Origin: Rhizodiscina lignyota
Lineage: Eukaryota
Reading direction: 5' to 3'
NCBI GenBank assembly: GCA_010015805.1
Contig: ML978123.1
Span: forward strand, 930,001 to 994,000
DNA length: 64,000 bases
The notes below the pieces were generated by a model that was not told the origin of the DNA, did no database searches, and saw only the letters and a program-made list of their open reading frames with translations. Positions 26,253 to 38,729 of this stretch are shown here, piece after piece; positions within the stretch are counted from its first letter, which is position 1, and the number at the start of each line of letters is the position of its first letter. The position numbers and the translations under genes are program-made.

Positions 26253-29200
26253 TCAACTCCATCCCGGAATGCCATTCCCACCAACCAAACCCGCCTCCGG
26301 TCCGACAGTCGCGTCCCAGTCCATATTGAACAAAGATTCGTCATTCATACCAGCCATGTCGCCGCCAAGAGGCATCGCGCCCATATCCAGACCCGGCAAC
26401 GCATCCAGCTTGCCCTCCGATCCAGGATTGATCTCATTGCCATTGTTGTCCAAGAAGGTCAGCATGCCGCCGTTCGCCCAGCTGCTCATCATCTCGTCGA
26501 GCTCGGGATCCTGGATCGTCAGGCTGAGCTCGAGATTCGCGTCGGAGCTGATGTCCTTGCTCTTGACCTCAGGGCTCTGCTTCGCGATCTTGTTGGCGTT
26601 CGCTGGGCCCGCGGAACTGCCGCTATTGGAGCTGCTGGGAGTGATGACAGCAGACGAGGGGGACGAGGAGAGCGGCGGGGTGGCGAATTTGCTGGGGTCG
26701 TTTGCGTTGCTGCCGTTCGCGCTAGGATCGTCCATGAAGCTTACGAGCATGTCCATGTCAAAACCAGAATCGTTACTCGCGCCATAACCTCCAAATGCAC
26801 CGCCAAAGAGATCATCTTCAGCACCCAGACCGGCCAGCAGGTTGAACGTGAGATCGTCCGACTCTTTCCACATGTCGGGGTCAACGACTGCATCCGGTGT
26901 AGCCTGCGCATCCGTACCAACTTTGCTTGTGGTGTCCATTTCGGGTTTGGCATTTGCGCCATTGGCAGCGTGGCCACCAATGACAGGAGTCCCAGTCTTG
27001 CTCGCTGAACCCTGCTGCGGCGTCTTGAGCAAGCTGCTCGCAGGCGACGCACCGGCCTTGCCCTGCAGACTTCCCACCTTGACCATCGGTGTGGCTCCTG
27101 CTCTGCCTGGGCTCGGCGCCTTCTGTTGCGCCTTCGCGTGAGCAGCCTTCTGAGCAGCGGTCCCATTCGCAACCTTCGTGCCCTTCCCAGCGATCTTGTT
27201 GTCCTGCCTGAGCATACCATTCTCATCAAGATCAAGGGACATGCGAGACTTCTCAAGCGCAAAAGCCAGCGGATCGGCAATCGGCTTGTGTGCATCGCGC
27301 TTGTGCGCCTCGAGCTCTGCTTGCGATTCGAAGCCGCGGGCGTGGTGCTCGCAGTTGAGATCAGGACAGCGGAAAACAGGCTTCGGCGGTTCGGCGGCTG
27401 GTGCCTTGGGAGGCTCTACTGCAGTTTGTTGTTGCGGCTGCTTGACATTGGCAGGCTTGTTGACCTGGGGCGAAGCAGACGGTCCCGGTGTTGGCATTGC
27501 TGGTGTGGCTGCAGCGCTTGGTGTTGCCTTGGTCTTCTGCTTCTTCTTGTCGGGCATCTTGAGGTCGATGCTTGGCTGTGCATTTTGGGCGTAGACAGGC
27601 GTACCATGCGGAGAGTTTGGTCCCCATGGGAAGGTTGGCGGTCGAGCATCAGTTGGAGCTGCTGGAGGCTTCGAGATACTGCGCTTATGCTGAGGAGCTT
27701 GTTGCTTCGGAGCCGCGTCTGGCTGAGGCTGTTGTTGGTTCGGCTGCTTCTGCTGAGCGTTGGGACGCGGCTGAGGAACGTTCTGCGGCGGAGCGGCTTG
27801 TTGCGTTTGTTGGCCACCATTCTGATTGTTTTTTTGTAGACTTTTCACCGTGTTCGTAACGAAGGCGACTAGCTGGAAGACGGTTTGATGGAATCTTTCT
27901 GGCGGCATAGAGACAACGTCGGCGAGGACGGGGCTGTTGGAGTCTTTCATCTGCCTTAAGATCAAGGTACGGGCTTGCAAAACACTCCTGATCTGGTCTT
28001 GGCCCCTGTTCGTCTTCATCATCATGGTTAGAATCTTCGGAACCAGTATCAGGTGCTTCCAAGACTGCTTGAGCCACTCCTCCATGCGTCTTCTACCTTC
28101 GGGTGGTACGTTGATCGGAGGGTCACGAGGAACATTCTGTTCCAGCATGGTAGACATGTTGCTGAGCTGCCTCATGATCTCTGCGTCCTGTGAGCCCTGC
28201 GGCATGCCTCTCTGCATCTGTGAGCCTGGAGCCGGTCTATTTTGTTGGGCTTGGGGGACCCGGCCCGTCACGAATTGCTGCCTCTGTTGTGGAGTCATGT
28301 TCTTCGTCAAGTTCATAAACTGCTCTGGCGTAAGACCTGGCGGAAGCTGTGGGGTGGTCTGCGTCGGTGTTGGGGCGGCGGACGTCTGCATGGGGTTCGG
28401 AATCTCCACGACGTCATCATTTGGACGCTTGACTCCCTGCGGAGGCTTCTGATGCGCTTGTTGAGCAGGAGTTTGTGGAGGTTGTGGGGTGTTTTGTGGC
28501 GGCTTTGCTTGAGGTTGAGGACGAGGAGTCTGAGCGGGCGGCATCTGCTGGTTCGGTGGCTGAGAGAATTGACTGTTCGGTCGCGGCGTGGGTTGTGGTG
28601 GCTGAGGCTGGCCCATGTTCGCCTGCTGTCCCGCCTGCTGCATGATGCGCTGTTGCATCTGCTGTTGGATCTGCGGATTCATATTGGTGAGCGGCGTGTA
28701 TTGCATAGAAATCGAGGTACTTACCATTTGAGGCGGCATTTGCGACGCGCCCATTCCATTAGGGACCATTTGCGCAGGAGGTGCGGGACCGCCGAGTTGG
28801 TTCTGGACATTCTGCGCCGCGCCAGGGCGCTGCATAGGCTGCTGTTGGTTTGCACCATTCGGCTGCTGGAAGAACCTGCTAAACTGAGTAATTTGCATCC
28901 TCAACAGCATGCTCTCGTCGAGGGAGGCGACTTGAGGGTTAGCGGCGATGTACTGCTTCAGTTGACCCCAAGTCTTGACACTCTCTGGGATGGAGCCGTT
29001 GATCTTATTAGCGTTGAGGATGGACGGTGGAAAGGGTCTCTGGTCCAGCTGCAGGACCATTTCGCGCGTGATTCCCGGTCTCTGCTGCTGCTGCTGCTGC
29101 ATGCCCTGAGCTCGCTGTGCGGCCTGCATCTGTAGCATCTTTTGAGCGGCAGCCATAGCATTGCCCTGGTTAGACTGCTGAGGCTGCATTCCTTGCCCTA

Positions 29201-31032
29201 GCCCACCGGGCCGCATATTCTGAGGCATTTGCAAATTCTGCATGTTTTGCTGACCGAGATTTTGACCTTGCCCCATCTGTCCCTGCATCATAGCGTTCCT
29301 CGCGAGTCCCGCCCGGATCCTCATTAGATTTTGGTTGAAATCATCGTCTGACATGTTCAATAATTGTTGCTGGATATGAGCGGGGAGACGACCAGCGAGA
29401 TCCCGAGGGAGCTGTCGAGGCATACCGATGCCATTTTGTCCTTGGCCCTGAGCGGCGGCCGCTCGTTGCGCTTGCTGGAACACTTGTAGAGCTTGAGGGT
29501 CCATGCCTCCAGGGGTTTGAGCGGCCTGGCCAAGGGATGCCGGGGTCAATTGCGGAGTTGGACCACCTTGTTGACCAACAGGTTGCGTGAGCAAAGACAT
29601 GTTGGCAGGGCTCTGGTGAGGCATCTGGCCACCGAGGCCGCCAGCTTGTCCACGAAGAGCGGCAATGTTCTGTGCTTGTTGCTGTGCTTGCGCCTGGGCT
29701 TGAAGGTTCAGCTGCATCGCGCGTTGCTGCTGCATGTTGACCATAGGTGACGCCCTCTGTCCCATACCATTTGGCATTTGCATGTTCCCACCCATCTGAG
29801 ACATCTGGCCATTTTGCATGCCCATGAGATTTCCTAGTTGTTGATTGAGAGGGTTATTGTTGTTGCTTGCTGGCACGACAAGGCCTCCGTTGTCTGCAGA
29901 TCGCCTGGCGTTTGCTTGTTGTTCCATGAGCTGAGACAGATTCACATTGCCTTGTGGCATTTGATTACCTGGCTGCGGTGTTGTCGGTCTCTGACCAAAC
30001 TGATTTCCACCCTGGACTGCTTGAGAGTTCTGCTGCGCCATGCGTTGGGCGTTCATCTTTCGCTGCAAGTACGCGTGTTGAGCCTGTTGACGGAATTTGA
30101 GACCGATGAATTGGTTGACGTTGTTTCCCACTTGTGCTTTTCTGTCCAGGGGAAGAAGTTCCCATTCAGAGCGCAACCGCTCGACGACTTCGGCACTAGC
30201 ATTCTTCCGGAGGTTCTCAGCCATCATGTTGATGGCCTGGACGTCTTCCTTGGTCGCCTGGGGCCGTTGCTGAGGCATGCCTTGTCCGTTGGCGAACTGA
30301 GCCTGCTGATTCTGTTGCGATCGCTGTTGTTGCATCTGGGCGGCCGGGGCGCCTTGATTTTCGAAATTCATCGAGGAAGAGGTTTGCATGTTGTTGGCGG
30401 TGTTCGAGGCTTGCATCTGCGACAAGAGGTGGGGCTGAATGCTCTGATTCATCTGCGGGTTCGTTTGCTGTCCCATTTGACCAGGCTGCATCATGCCGCC
30501 GGGACCCTGGTTCATCATCGGATTGTTTTGCACCATTGCGTTCTGCGCCGTTCGTTGCCGGTGGAAATGCGTCAAGACTTGTTGCATTTCGTTGAAGTAC
30601 GACATCTGAAGCTGGGTGTTAACAAAACTAAGTGTTTAAAAAAGGAAAGTGATGTCGTCACCTTATCAGTACTATTCTGGTACTTCTGCTGTTCAATGTT
30701 CATGGAGACTTTGACGGCCTCGGAGAAGTTTGGGTGTTGGCCTGCGAGGCGCATTGAACTGACTCTGTGATATGTTATTGTTCACACTAAAAGTACGTAA
30801 TCAATAGAACTTACAGTTCAAACACCTTGCCGGCACGTTCTTGCGGGGTGAGCTGGGTCTGCCAGCCACTGGTTGCGGGTGCTTGGCGCTGGAAGCCTGC
30901 TTGAAGGAAAGCTCGAAGGTTTGCGGGAGTGATGGCACTTCCGCCCTGGTTCTGGCCGAAGTTTTGCATACCTTGCATGCCTTGCATGGCCTGCATGGCG
31001 GCCGGATTCATGTTCATGTTCATGTTGTTCAT
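26253..31032 (-). CDS. MED15: Mediator subunit 15 (Gal11)
   Basis: N-terminal KIX-like region (GWQTQLTPQERAGKVFEL) spread over three exons, a very long Q/M/P-rich body, PFPPSIL..TWGQLK and a C-x4-C...H-x4-H motif. Confidence 0.8.
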
Positions 31033-32238
31033 GATGTGTTAGAGAGTAGTGCTTGTGCAACCAGTCGAGGAGGTTGTCAGAGTCGATCGGAGACACAGGT
31101 GTCGGAGGTGCAAGTCGATAAGGTTACAAACGCGTCGAAAGATGTTGCGATACGGAAGCTCTCGAAAATCCCCAGAATAAGGCTGGCCGATGCGTCCTGC
31201 GAATACAAGAGGCGATGCAGCCCACCGGCCAGCAGCAGGACGCCTAAGCTAACGACAAGCGACCATGTACCGTGGGTGCGTGGATTGAGAAAGTAGACTC
31301 GCAGCAGAAAGTGTTGGGTGTGGAGAGGTTTGGAGGTGGAGGAGTCATGCGCGGACGACAATAGGTAGACAATAGAAGCACGAGGCGTGTGCGCGGGCTC
31401 GGCGGAGAGGTGAAACGACTTGTCGGTCGAAACTGGCGCGGTCACTGATGAGAGCGCGTATGCGTCGAATGTGAAGAGCGACGGGGCCTTGTCGCAGTGG
31501 GCGATTCCAGTGCAGCGTGACGGCGGATGCGAAGGGCGATGCGCGGCTGTGGAGTGAGGCAGAAGGGCGAGCGTCGCAGGGCAGACTGGTGGTGAATTCG
31601 GTCGTCACAAAGACGCAGCGTCGTGGTGCAGCAGTGGGGACGGAGCTGCGGGAAGGTCTGGCGCGGTGGTAGCGATACTGTGGAGCGGCCGGCACGGGTC
31701 GAGGGGATGAAGATGGCAGCTGGCACGACGGTGAGAGAGCGAGAGAGAGGAGAGGGTGATGGTGGCCGGCGGAAGAGGGTTGTGGTTGCACTTGCGCTAA
31801 TGGAAGTGGGTTGGACGTTCTCTTGCGTACCGAGCGTAGGGCTGGGCTGTGCTTTAGAGCGCAGGGATGCCGGTCATATGTCAGCTGCGACCAGCAGATT
31901 TCTGTTGCCTCTGTTCTATTCTCGTGACGCTGTATGGCCGGCATCCAGACGCGCTCTCAGCAGAATGCTATATCTAATTGCACTTCGCTCGCCTGCTCCG
32001 GGCGGGTAGCGACTGCGCTGCTTCACTGTTCCTGCCAGCACGGACTGGGCGACGCGCGACGCTCATTGGGCGCGGCGGGCAGGCGCACCAGGCGGACGCC
32101 AAAGCGATCGCCGTGCCCACCAGCGCCCACCAGCGCACTACAACAGAGCTTGCAGCGCGTAAGACGACGCGCTTCGCAAATTTGCATTCTAAGCCGCGCT
32201 CATGCGCTCGCTGCCGACTGTGGGTGAAAGCCGCTGCG

Positions 32239-32297
32239 TGTGTTATGTGCTTTATGTGTTATGTGCTTTATGTGTTATGTGCTTTATGTGTTATGTG
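32239..32297 (+). repeat. 16-bp minisatellite TGTGTTATGTGCTTTA x3.7
   Basis: Perfect tandem copies read directly; an AT-rich tract inside GC-rich sequence. Confidence 0.95.
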
Positions 32298-33184
32298 TCT
32301 GCATGTTTGTCCTCACCGCGTCCTGCTCGAAACGATGCATGATCCAAGGTGCGGCGGCGCACAGCTGCATGGGGCGGAAGGCTCACGGCAGACCAGCACT
32401 CGACGAATTGCGACTGCCACGGCCCACCAATGCGGCAATAAATCGTCGCCGTTCCCCGCCGCGAGGCCTCACCAACTCCAGCATCGGGCACGAAGGTAGC
32501 GGGCACATGAGCGTCGTGCTCTGTGGCCGCTCGCTGCCTCGCTGACTTGCTGGCTCCAATCGAACGCCAACGCGCGGGCACTAGCAGCGGTGATGGAAGA
32601 GTCGATGCGCGCCCTGGACCTCGAAAATCTCGGGCAGGGGTCTCGCGAAAGCCTCATTCTGTGCTTGTCTCCATCTGGCATCCTCGATTTTCTGGCGCAA
32701 TTGGCACGCGCCGCTCTGAGATGAATTCTGGAGCCAGACTGTTGCTTTCAGGAACATCCCTCCTACTGGCCGCTATCGACTGTACACCTCTCCCATTTTG
32801 CACCGACACGGCTTGGGTGCTCACTGATTCGAAGTGATGAGGGACCCCCTGCTGACAGCCCTGCGGCCAATCACCGCTACTCTGCCCATGAAACATCCCG
32901 CGACTGGCTATCTCAAACGCCATGACTCGCATTGCAGCCCCTTGCCAGTGCAAACCGTGGGAATGGATTGAGCCTGAAAGACATGAAGGAAAATACGTAC
33001 GTGCTTTCCATTAGACTTCTTACTTCTTGGCTCTGAATTTATTCGTTCTTTCCTGGCACTTGCTACCCATTCTTGCATAAGATCTGCCCTCCCTGTCTGA
33101 GACTGTCAGACGTTTCCGTATCCCCAGGTCTTACCTTATCCTCCTTGTCCAATAATACCCCTGCTCGCCTCTTCTCAGATCATT

Positions 33185-34283
33185 TCACTGAAAGGTTAAT
33201 TCTTTGAACTTCCTCACCACCCCGCTGATAGCTTCTTCGACCGGTAGCCTTTCCACACTGCTAGCCCCGTAGAAACCGTGCACGCCGTTTGTTCTGCTCA
33301 GAATGTACTCGGCGTCTTGCGGCGTAGCAATTGGCCCTCCATGGCACAGCACAAGAACCTCTTCCCGTACCTTTACCGCCGCATCTCTTATTTCCTGCAC
33401 CGCTTTTACACTCTCGTCCAGCGTCTTGCCCGTTTTCGCGCCAATCGTCCCGCTGGTCGTCAGACCCATATGCGCCACGACAATGTCGGCGCCTGCCCCC
33501 GCCATCTGCTGTGCCTCTTCAACATTGAAAGCGTACGGAGTCGTGAGCATGTCCATGCTGCTGGCTAGCCTGACCATCTCTACCTCAGCAGCAAATGACA
33601 TGCCGGTCTCTTCGAGGTTCGCCCGAAACTGGCCGTCGATTAGACCGACTGTGGGGAAGTTCTGCACACCAGCTATTCCCATCGCTTTCAACTGTCCTAG
33701 GAAATGAGGCATGGAGCGGAATGGATCCGTTGCACACACTCCAGCCAGGACAGGTGTATGCTTCACAATTGGGAGAACTTCGTTCGCCTGCGTCTCTGGT
33801 TCAGCGAATCTCGCACGTCGTTGAACTCACTGCTTACAACACACCATTTCTAGGACCACATCATTTGCGTTGCCTGTGGCAAACTTGAGTCATTTTTCTT
33901 GATCATGTGGCGATAATATGGAGCTTTGTCAACATACCATATGGCATGAGTCCGGCTAACGAGCCCCGGCCAGCCATGCGATACCGGCCGCTGTTGTATA
34001 TCACAATCAGGTCTCCACCTCCGGCCTCGATGGATTTCGCTGATAGACCAATGCCTACATGCCATCAGTAAATCCAAGTCTTCGTGAGATACCCGGCCGA
34101 AAGTGAGATGGTGAAGATAAGACGAAGTATCTAGGCATGACCATTTGCGTAACACGTGCAGTGTTCTGCACGATATATGAAAGGTGTTTACACACCTGCT
34201 CCTGCTCCTACAAGAATTTTCCCTTTTCCTACGGATTCACGCAGATTTGATAATATCTCTTTCCTGCTTATCGGAGGCGCCAT
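33185..34283 (-). CDS. TIM-barrel protein (TIM-barrel signal transduction/PEP-hydrolase-like; homologue of Tm-1 C-terminal domain)
   Basis: Four exons give [64 protein letters not shown] and [11 protein letters not shown]. Confidence 0.9.
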
Positions 34284-34721
34284 ATTTGCTCAGATTCGGG
34301 GGCGTCGCTTTCGTATTGCAGCAGCGGTTACTGCACGACTGGTCTGAGGCTCTTATGGACGTTCGAATTTCTTTTGACGTGTGAATTTGTAATTGCATCC
34401 ACCTTTACGCAGTCCAGGTCCCTGTGGAGTTTGACGCAGGGTCACGACGCATGAGTCGCAGGATGAGGATGACGATGTGGCTTCGGCTGGTCCCGAAGTG
34501 GAAAGCCCCTCCTTCCCCACATTATTTTACTCCACCTTCTCCCTTGCCTGAATGTTGTCACTGCCACTCCACTATTTACCGTCGTCTCATGCCGCATCAG
34601 CATGGGCCCATAGTACATGTATACCTCTCGTATCCCGTTCTATTAAGTCCCGGTCTGCTCGCTCAATCGTACAATTGAAGTCTCACTAAGCTTTCCTCCG
34701 CCGAAATCCTTCCCGCCGCAG

Positions 34722-34918
34722 CGAAGGAGCTAGTTTCAGGCGAGCGAACAGTCTGCAGAGCTACTCTATTCAGTCGCCTTTCAGCACTTCGAAGAAGCTT
34801 CTACATGTTGCGGAGTGTACATTGAAAGCTATCAGGGAGTAGCTTACCAGGCCTGCCTTGGGGGATTTGCTTCTCGTCGTGCCGGAAAAGAGACGCTGTT
34901 GCAAGTCTTATCGCTCAC
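34722..34918 (+). repeat. Dispersed repeat copy 2, directly upstream of the UPF0261 start codon
   Basis: Homologous to 25214-25410 in the same orientation. Confidence 0.85.
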
Positions 34919-34939
34919 GGGAGTCCAGCTCTTCGTACG

Positions 34940-36295
34940 ATGGCGCCCCTGAACATCCTCCTCTTAGGCACTTGCGACACGAAGCTTCCCGAGCTCCTCT
35001 ACCTCCGCTCGCAAATCCTCGAGCTGTCCACCGAGCCATCGACTAACGTCATCCTCATCGATGTCGGCCGCACACCTGTCTTCGACCCCTCAATCACCGT
35101 CTCCCAATCTCACATTCTCGAAGCGCTCAAACGTTCCGATCCCTCCTCCATGGCAATCAACATCGCCTCCGCTCCCAGAGGAGAACTCATAGCCCATCTC
35201 GCCGCCGCTGCGGCAGCGTACATTCGCTCCACATACACCACATCCACCTCGACAGCCACAGCCAGCGCCGATGACAAGCAGATCATCCACGGCATCGTCG
35301 CGGCAGGTGGAAGTGGTAACACGTCGCTCGTGTCGCAAGTCATGCGCAGCGAAGGCCTCTTCCCCATCGGCTTCCCCAAACTCATCGTCAGCACAATCGC
35401 GTCCGGCGACACGAGCCACGTCGTCGGCGAATCGGACATCACGCTCACGTACTCCGTCGTCGACGTTGCCGGCCTCAACACCCTGCTAAAGAGCGTGCTA
35501 TCCAACGCCGCAGGTGCTATAGTCGGCATGGCTAAGGCATACAAGCGCCGCATAGAAGCTGCGTCACGAGAACAGAGCGGGCGGAACAAGAAGGTGAAAA
35601 TGGGGATCACGATGTTCGGCGTCACGACGCCGTGCGTCGACCATGTCAGAGCTATAGTAGAGGAGAAACACCCGGATATAGAGCCGTACGTCTTCCACGC
35701 CACCGGCCACGGCGGCCGCGCAATGGAGGCACTCGTGCACAGCCACGACCTCGACGCCGTGCTCGATCTCACCACCACCGAGATCGCGGACCATCTTGTT
35801 GGCGGGGTCATGTCGGCGGGCCCGGAGCGTCTCGACGCGGCCTTGCAGCGCGGGATCCCCTGTTTGATCAGCGTGGGAGCGTGCGACATGGTGAACTTCG
35901 GGCCTGTGCCGAGCGTGCCTGGTCAGTTCGCTGGCGGGAAGAGGCAGCTGTTCGAGCACAATCAGAGCGTGACGCTGATGCGCACGAGCGAGGAGGAGTG
36001 CGAGAAGATTGGGCAGTTCATTGTGGAGAAGGTGAAGAGGGCGAAGAGGAAGGATTTGGTGGAGGTGTGGATTCCAAAATTGGGAGTCAGCGCGCTGAGT
36101 GTTGAGGGGCAGGCGTTTGAGGATCAGGACGCGGATTCGTGCCTATTTGCGGCACTGGGCGATGGGCTGCAAGGAGTGGAGGGGGTGAAGGTGGTATCGA
36201 GGGCGCAAGACATTAATCAGGAGAGTTTTGCGAACGCAGTGGTGGAGGCGATGGTAGGTTTGATTGAGAAGGCTAGGTCGGATAGCTCAGGATGA
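34940..36295 (+). CDS. UPF0261 / Tm-1-like ATP-binding domain protein
   Basis: LGTCDTK, GGSGNT, PIGFPKLIVST, SVVDVAGLN, TMFGVTTPCV, FHATGHGG, DLTTTE, DMVNFG. Intronless. Confidence 0.92.
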   Translation: MAPLNILLLGTCDTKLPELLYLRSQILELSTEPSTNVILIDVGRTPVFDPSITVSQSHILEALKRSDPSSMAINIASAPRGELIAHLAAAAAAYIRSTYTTSTSTATASADDKQIIHGIVAAGGSGNTSLVSQVMRSEGLFPIGFPKLIVSTIASGDTSHVVGESDITLTYSVVDVAGLNTLLKSVLSNAAGAIVGMAKAYKRRIEAASREQSGRNKKVKMGITMFGVTTPCVDHVRAIVEEKHPDIEPYVFHATGHGGRAMEALVHSHDLDAVLDLTTTEIADHLVGGVMSAGPERLDAALQRGIPCLISVGACDMVNFGPVPSVPGQFAGGKRQLFEHNQSVTLMRTSEEECEKIGQFIVEKVKRAKRKDLVEVWIPKLGVSALSVEGQAFEDQDADSCLFAALGDGLQGVEGVKVVSRAQDINQESFANAVVEAMVGLIEKARSDSSG

Positions 36296-36409
36296 TGGAT
36301 TCCGCGGTGACTATCAAGAGCAGAATTGTTTCGATTGAGGACTCCTGCTATGGACAAACGACATCCACCACGTTAGAAGGAGATACATCCAGTCGTTTTC
36401 AGCCGACAC

Positions 36410-36984
36410 TCACCGCGGATCTCCTCCTGCGTTGCCGCTCACTCCTTCATCGAACGAGCAGATTCCACCGCAGTCCTTCCCACCCTGGTTGGGGAAGCAA
36501 CTATCATCCGGATTGTCAACGCATTTCCAGCCGCTGGGACACGTTCCACCCTTCTTCCCGCCGCACGTGGCTTGTTTGAAAACGCAGATTCCAGAGAGGT
36601 CCGCGACCTGATCGTCATCCGGTTGGTCGGGTCTCCTGGCGCACGTCTGGTCCGATCTGGAATGCAACTATGAGTACAATGTCTCAGACACGTCTTTGTA
36701 GGAGTTACTTACGGGCAGCTTGGATACGGCACTGCGCGGTATCCGCCGCATGGAGCTCCAACGCAGATGCCGGTGCAGTCTGTCACAGTGCCATTGTAGC
36801 ACACCGAGTCTGGGGGGATTGTGCATATTTGCCCGGCTGGACAGTACACGCGCTTGTTGGATGGGACGTAGCCGCCGCAGGTGATCTTCGGGTATTGCGA
36901 CGCGGTGTATGTGGATGTGTAAGGAGGTGCTGGGCCTGCCAGAGTCAAAGGCAGCAAAGCTGCAATGGTGAGTATGAGCTTCAT
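36410..36984 (-). CDS. Small secreted Cys-rich protein with three CGG..CP..C..D..GIC repeats
   Basis: Signal peptide MKLILTIAALLPLTLA; intron 36657-36712 joins the two ORF-track pieces in frame. Confidence 0.8.
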
Positions 36985-38729
36985 GACGTGAAGAAGATCG
37001 TTGACGGTAAGATGTAGTATCTGGGGAAACTTAGAATTGATCTGATCGGAGGATTCTACATTGCTGTGAGGCGGGCTCTTTAAGTAGAAGCAGCCAAGAA
37101 GCTGCAAACAATCATGTACTACAATCCCAAGACATGATTCGTGGTGGATTGCACTTTCCAATACGAGACAACAAAGAAGGCCAAGTGACCCCATTTCGGC
37201 CGCCCTACTTCCACGTCCATAGGTTTAGACTCAGATATAGTCTCGTGAATTAAATGAAGAGAAAGCTAACAACCCCCACGTAATTAGCTTGTAGAATGCC
37301 AGGGCCAAAGTCACCAATAACACAAATGAGACAGCAGCGTCATAGACGGCATTCTCGGGATGGGAGAGGAGCTGGCGCGGCGGAGCCTCACGAGCTGGGA
37401 GGAAAGAATGAAGCTGACCGTCTTGGCAGGGGAGGAGAGGCTCGTGAGGAATACGACGGCCAAGAGGTGTATAAATAGAGGCGTAGCGGAAGTTGCGAGA
37501 CAAGGAATGCGAATGGCTCTGTAGCACAAGGTGGGTCTGTCGCGCTCCATATACGACTGCTCGCAGGTTCGCGTCTCCCGGACGCTGCGATACAACGGTA
37601 TCACGGTCATGGGGTGGTCTTTGTTCTTAGATGAGCTTGGCGGGCTGAGAAACTTGCTTCGCTCACAAGGCATGAGCTACTGTCAGGACTTGGAAAGATT
37701 ATTTCAAGACCACATAAGTTCAAGGAAAGAGAAGAAATTTCGTGATGAGTGAGAAAGTTTATTGAGCGTCAGCTGAAGGATTCAGAGTCCACAACAGATG
37801 GAGGACAGGGTCATCCGTGGCTTTTGCTCGCCGCTTGGAGGATGCAGAGAACAGTTTAAAACCAGGGCTGCTTACCTATGTGCTAAAGTCGATGAAGAGA
37901 AAGATGAGGAATATGGAGAGTATAATGCTGTGGAAATACGACGGCAATAACTTACTCACAGACATCTGCCCACACTACACGGGCATAGCGAAGGAAGGTG
38001 AGCGTCAATTCGGCTCTAGTCCTTCGCAGATCTCGAGACAGTGGAGCAGAGAGGCGGGATATCTGATACATTGGGCTTGATATATGTGAGCTGACGACGC
38101 TGCATGGCATAAGGAGGATTCGATGGCGCGGGTGGAGGCCCAAGGACTCGATATGCCTCCCCTGCCATTCGCCGGCCCCCAGCTGTTCGTCAGAGCGTTG
38201 CTGTTTGCGGTTAGCAGGCTGGCAGCGTATTTCCCCGCGACTACGGCTAGCCTCCTCCCCACATTTCCCACTCCTCCCGCGGTCAACCTTAATGCTAGCC
38301 AGGATGCCTCTTCCTTCGCCGTTTCTCTCCTCGTGCTTATTTGTATCGTCCATTGGTTCTGCTTCGTTCTCGGCGCCGGGTAAATCGACGAACGTGTATT
38401 TCCGCTCCTCTACCCGATTCCCGCCGTGAGCGCATCCGCGATTCCGCTGACCCGTCATGCTGCAAAGTGTGGCGTAGAGAGGTGGTCCCGGCACGGGTCT
38501 AACGGCGCCCATCAGAATCTTGACAAGCGTCTATGCCCGCTTGAGGGCTTTGGTAATCAGCGACGGAAGACTCGCGCGCCAAGCCATCTCGACTTTCTCG
38601 AATGCACGAGGCTAAGCTGTCGCCCGAGTCTGCTACGCAATCGTCCTTTCAACCACGTCATTGGCAGCGCGACGGCTCGAGAGCGAAATTCATTGTCTGC
38701 AGAGCAATGCGGCGGACGGCAGCAATGGT

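Noticed and set aside
25788..27008. 406-aa plus-strand ORF and other long antisense ORFs over MED15
   Set aside because: Shadow frames of a GC-rich low-complexity gene, with no domain signal.
32239..32297. Repeat array as CRISPR-like
   Set aside because: Eukaryotic DNA; the units are contiguous with no spacers.
35700..36295. C-rich to G-rich switch within the UPF0261 gene as a sign of chimerism
   Set aside because: A similar G-rich 3' end is seen in PFF1, the Zn2Cys6 gene and EMW1, so it looks like a general property of this genome.
38123..38383. 86-aa ORF upstream of the Zn2Cys6 factor as a regulatory uORF
   Set aside because: Cannot be told from a chance ORF without transcript or conservation data.
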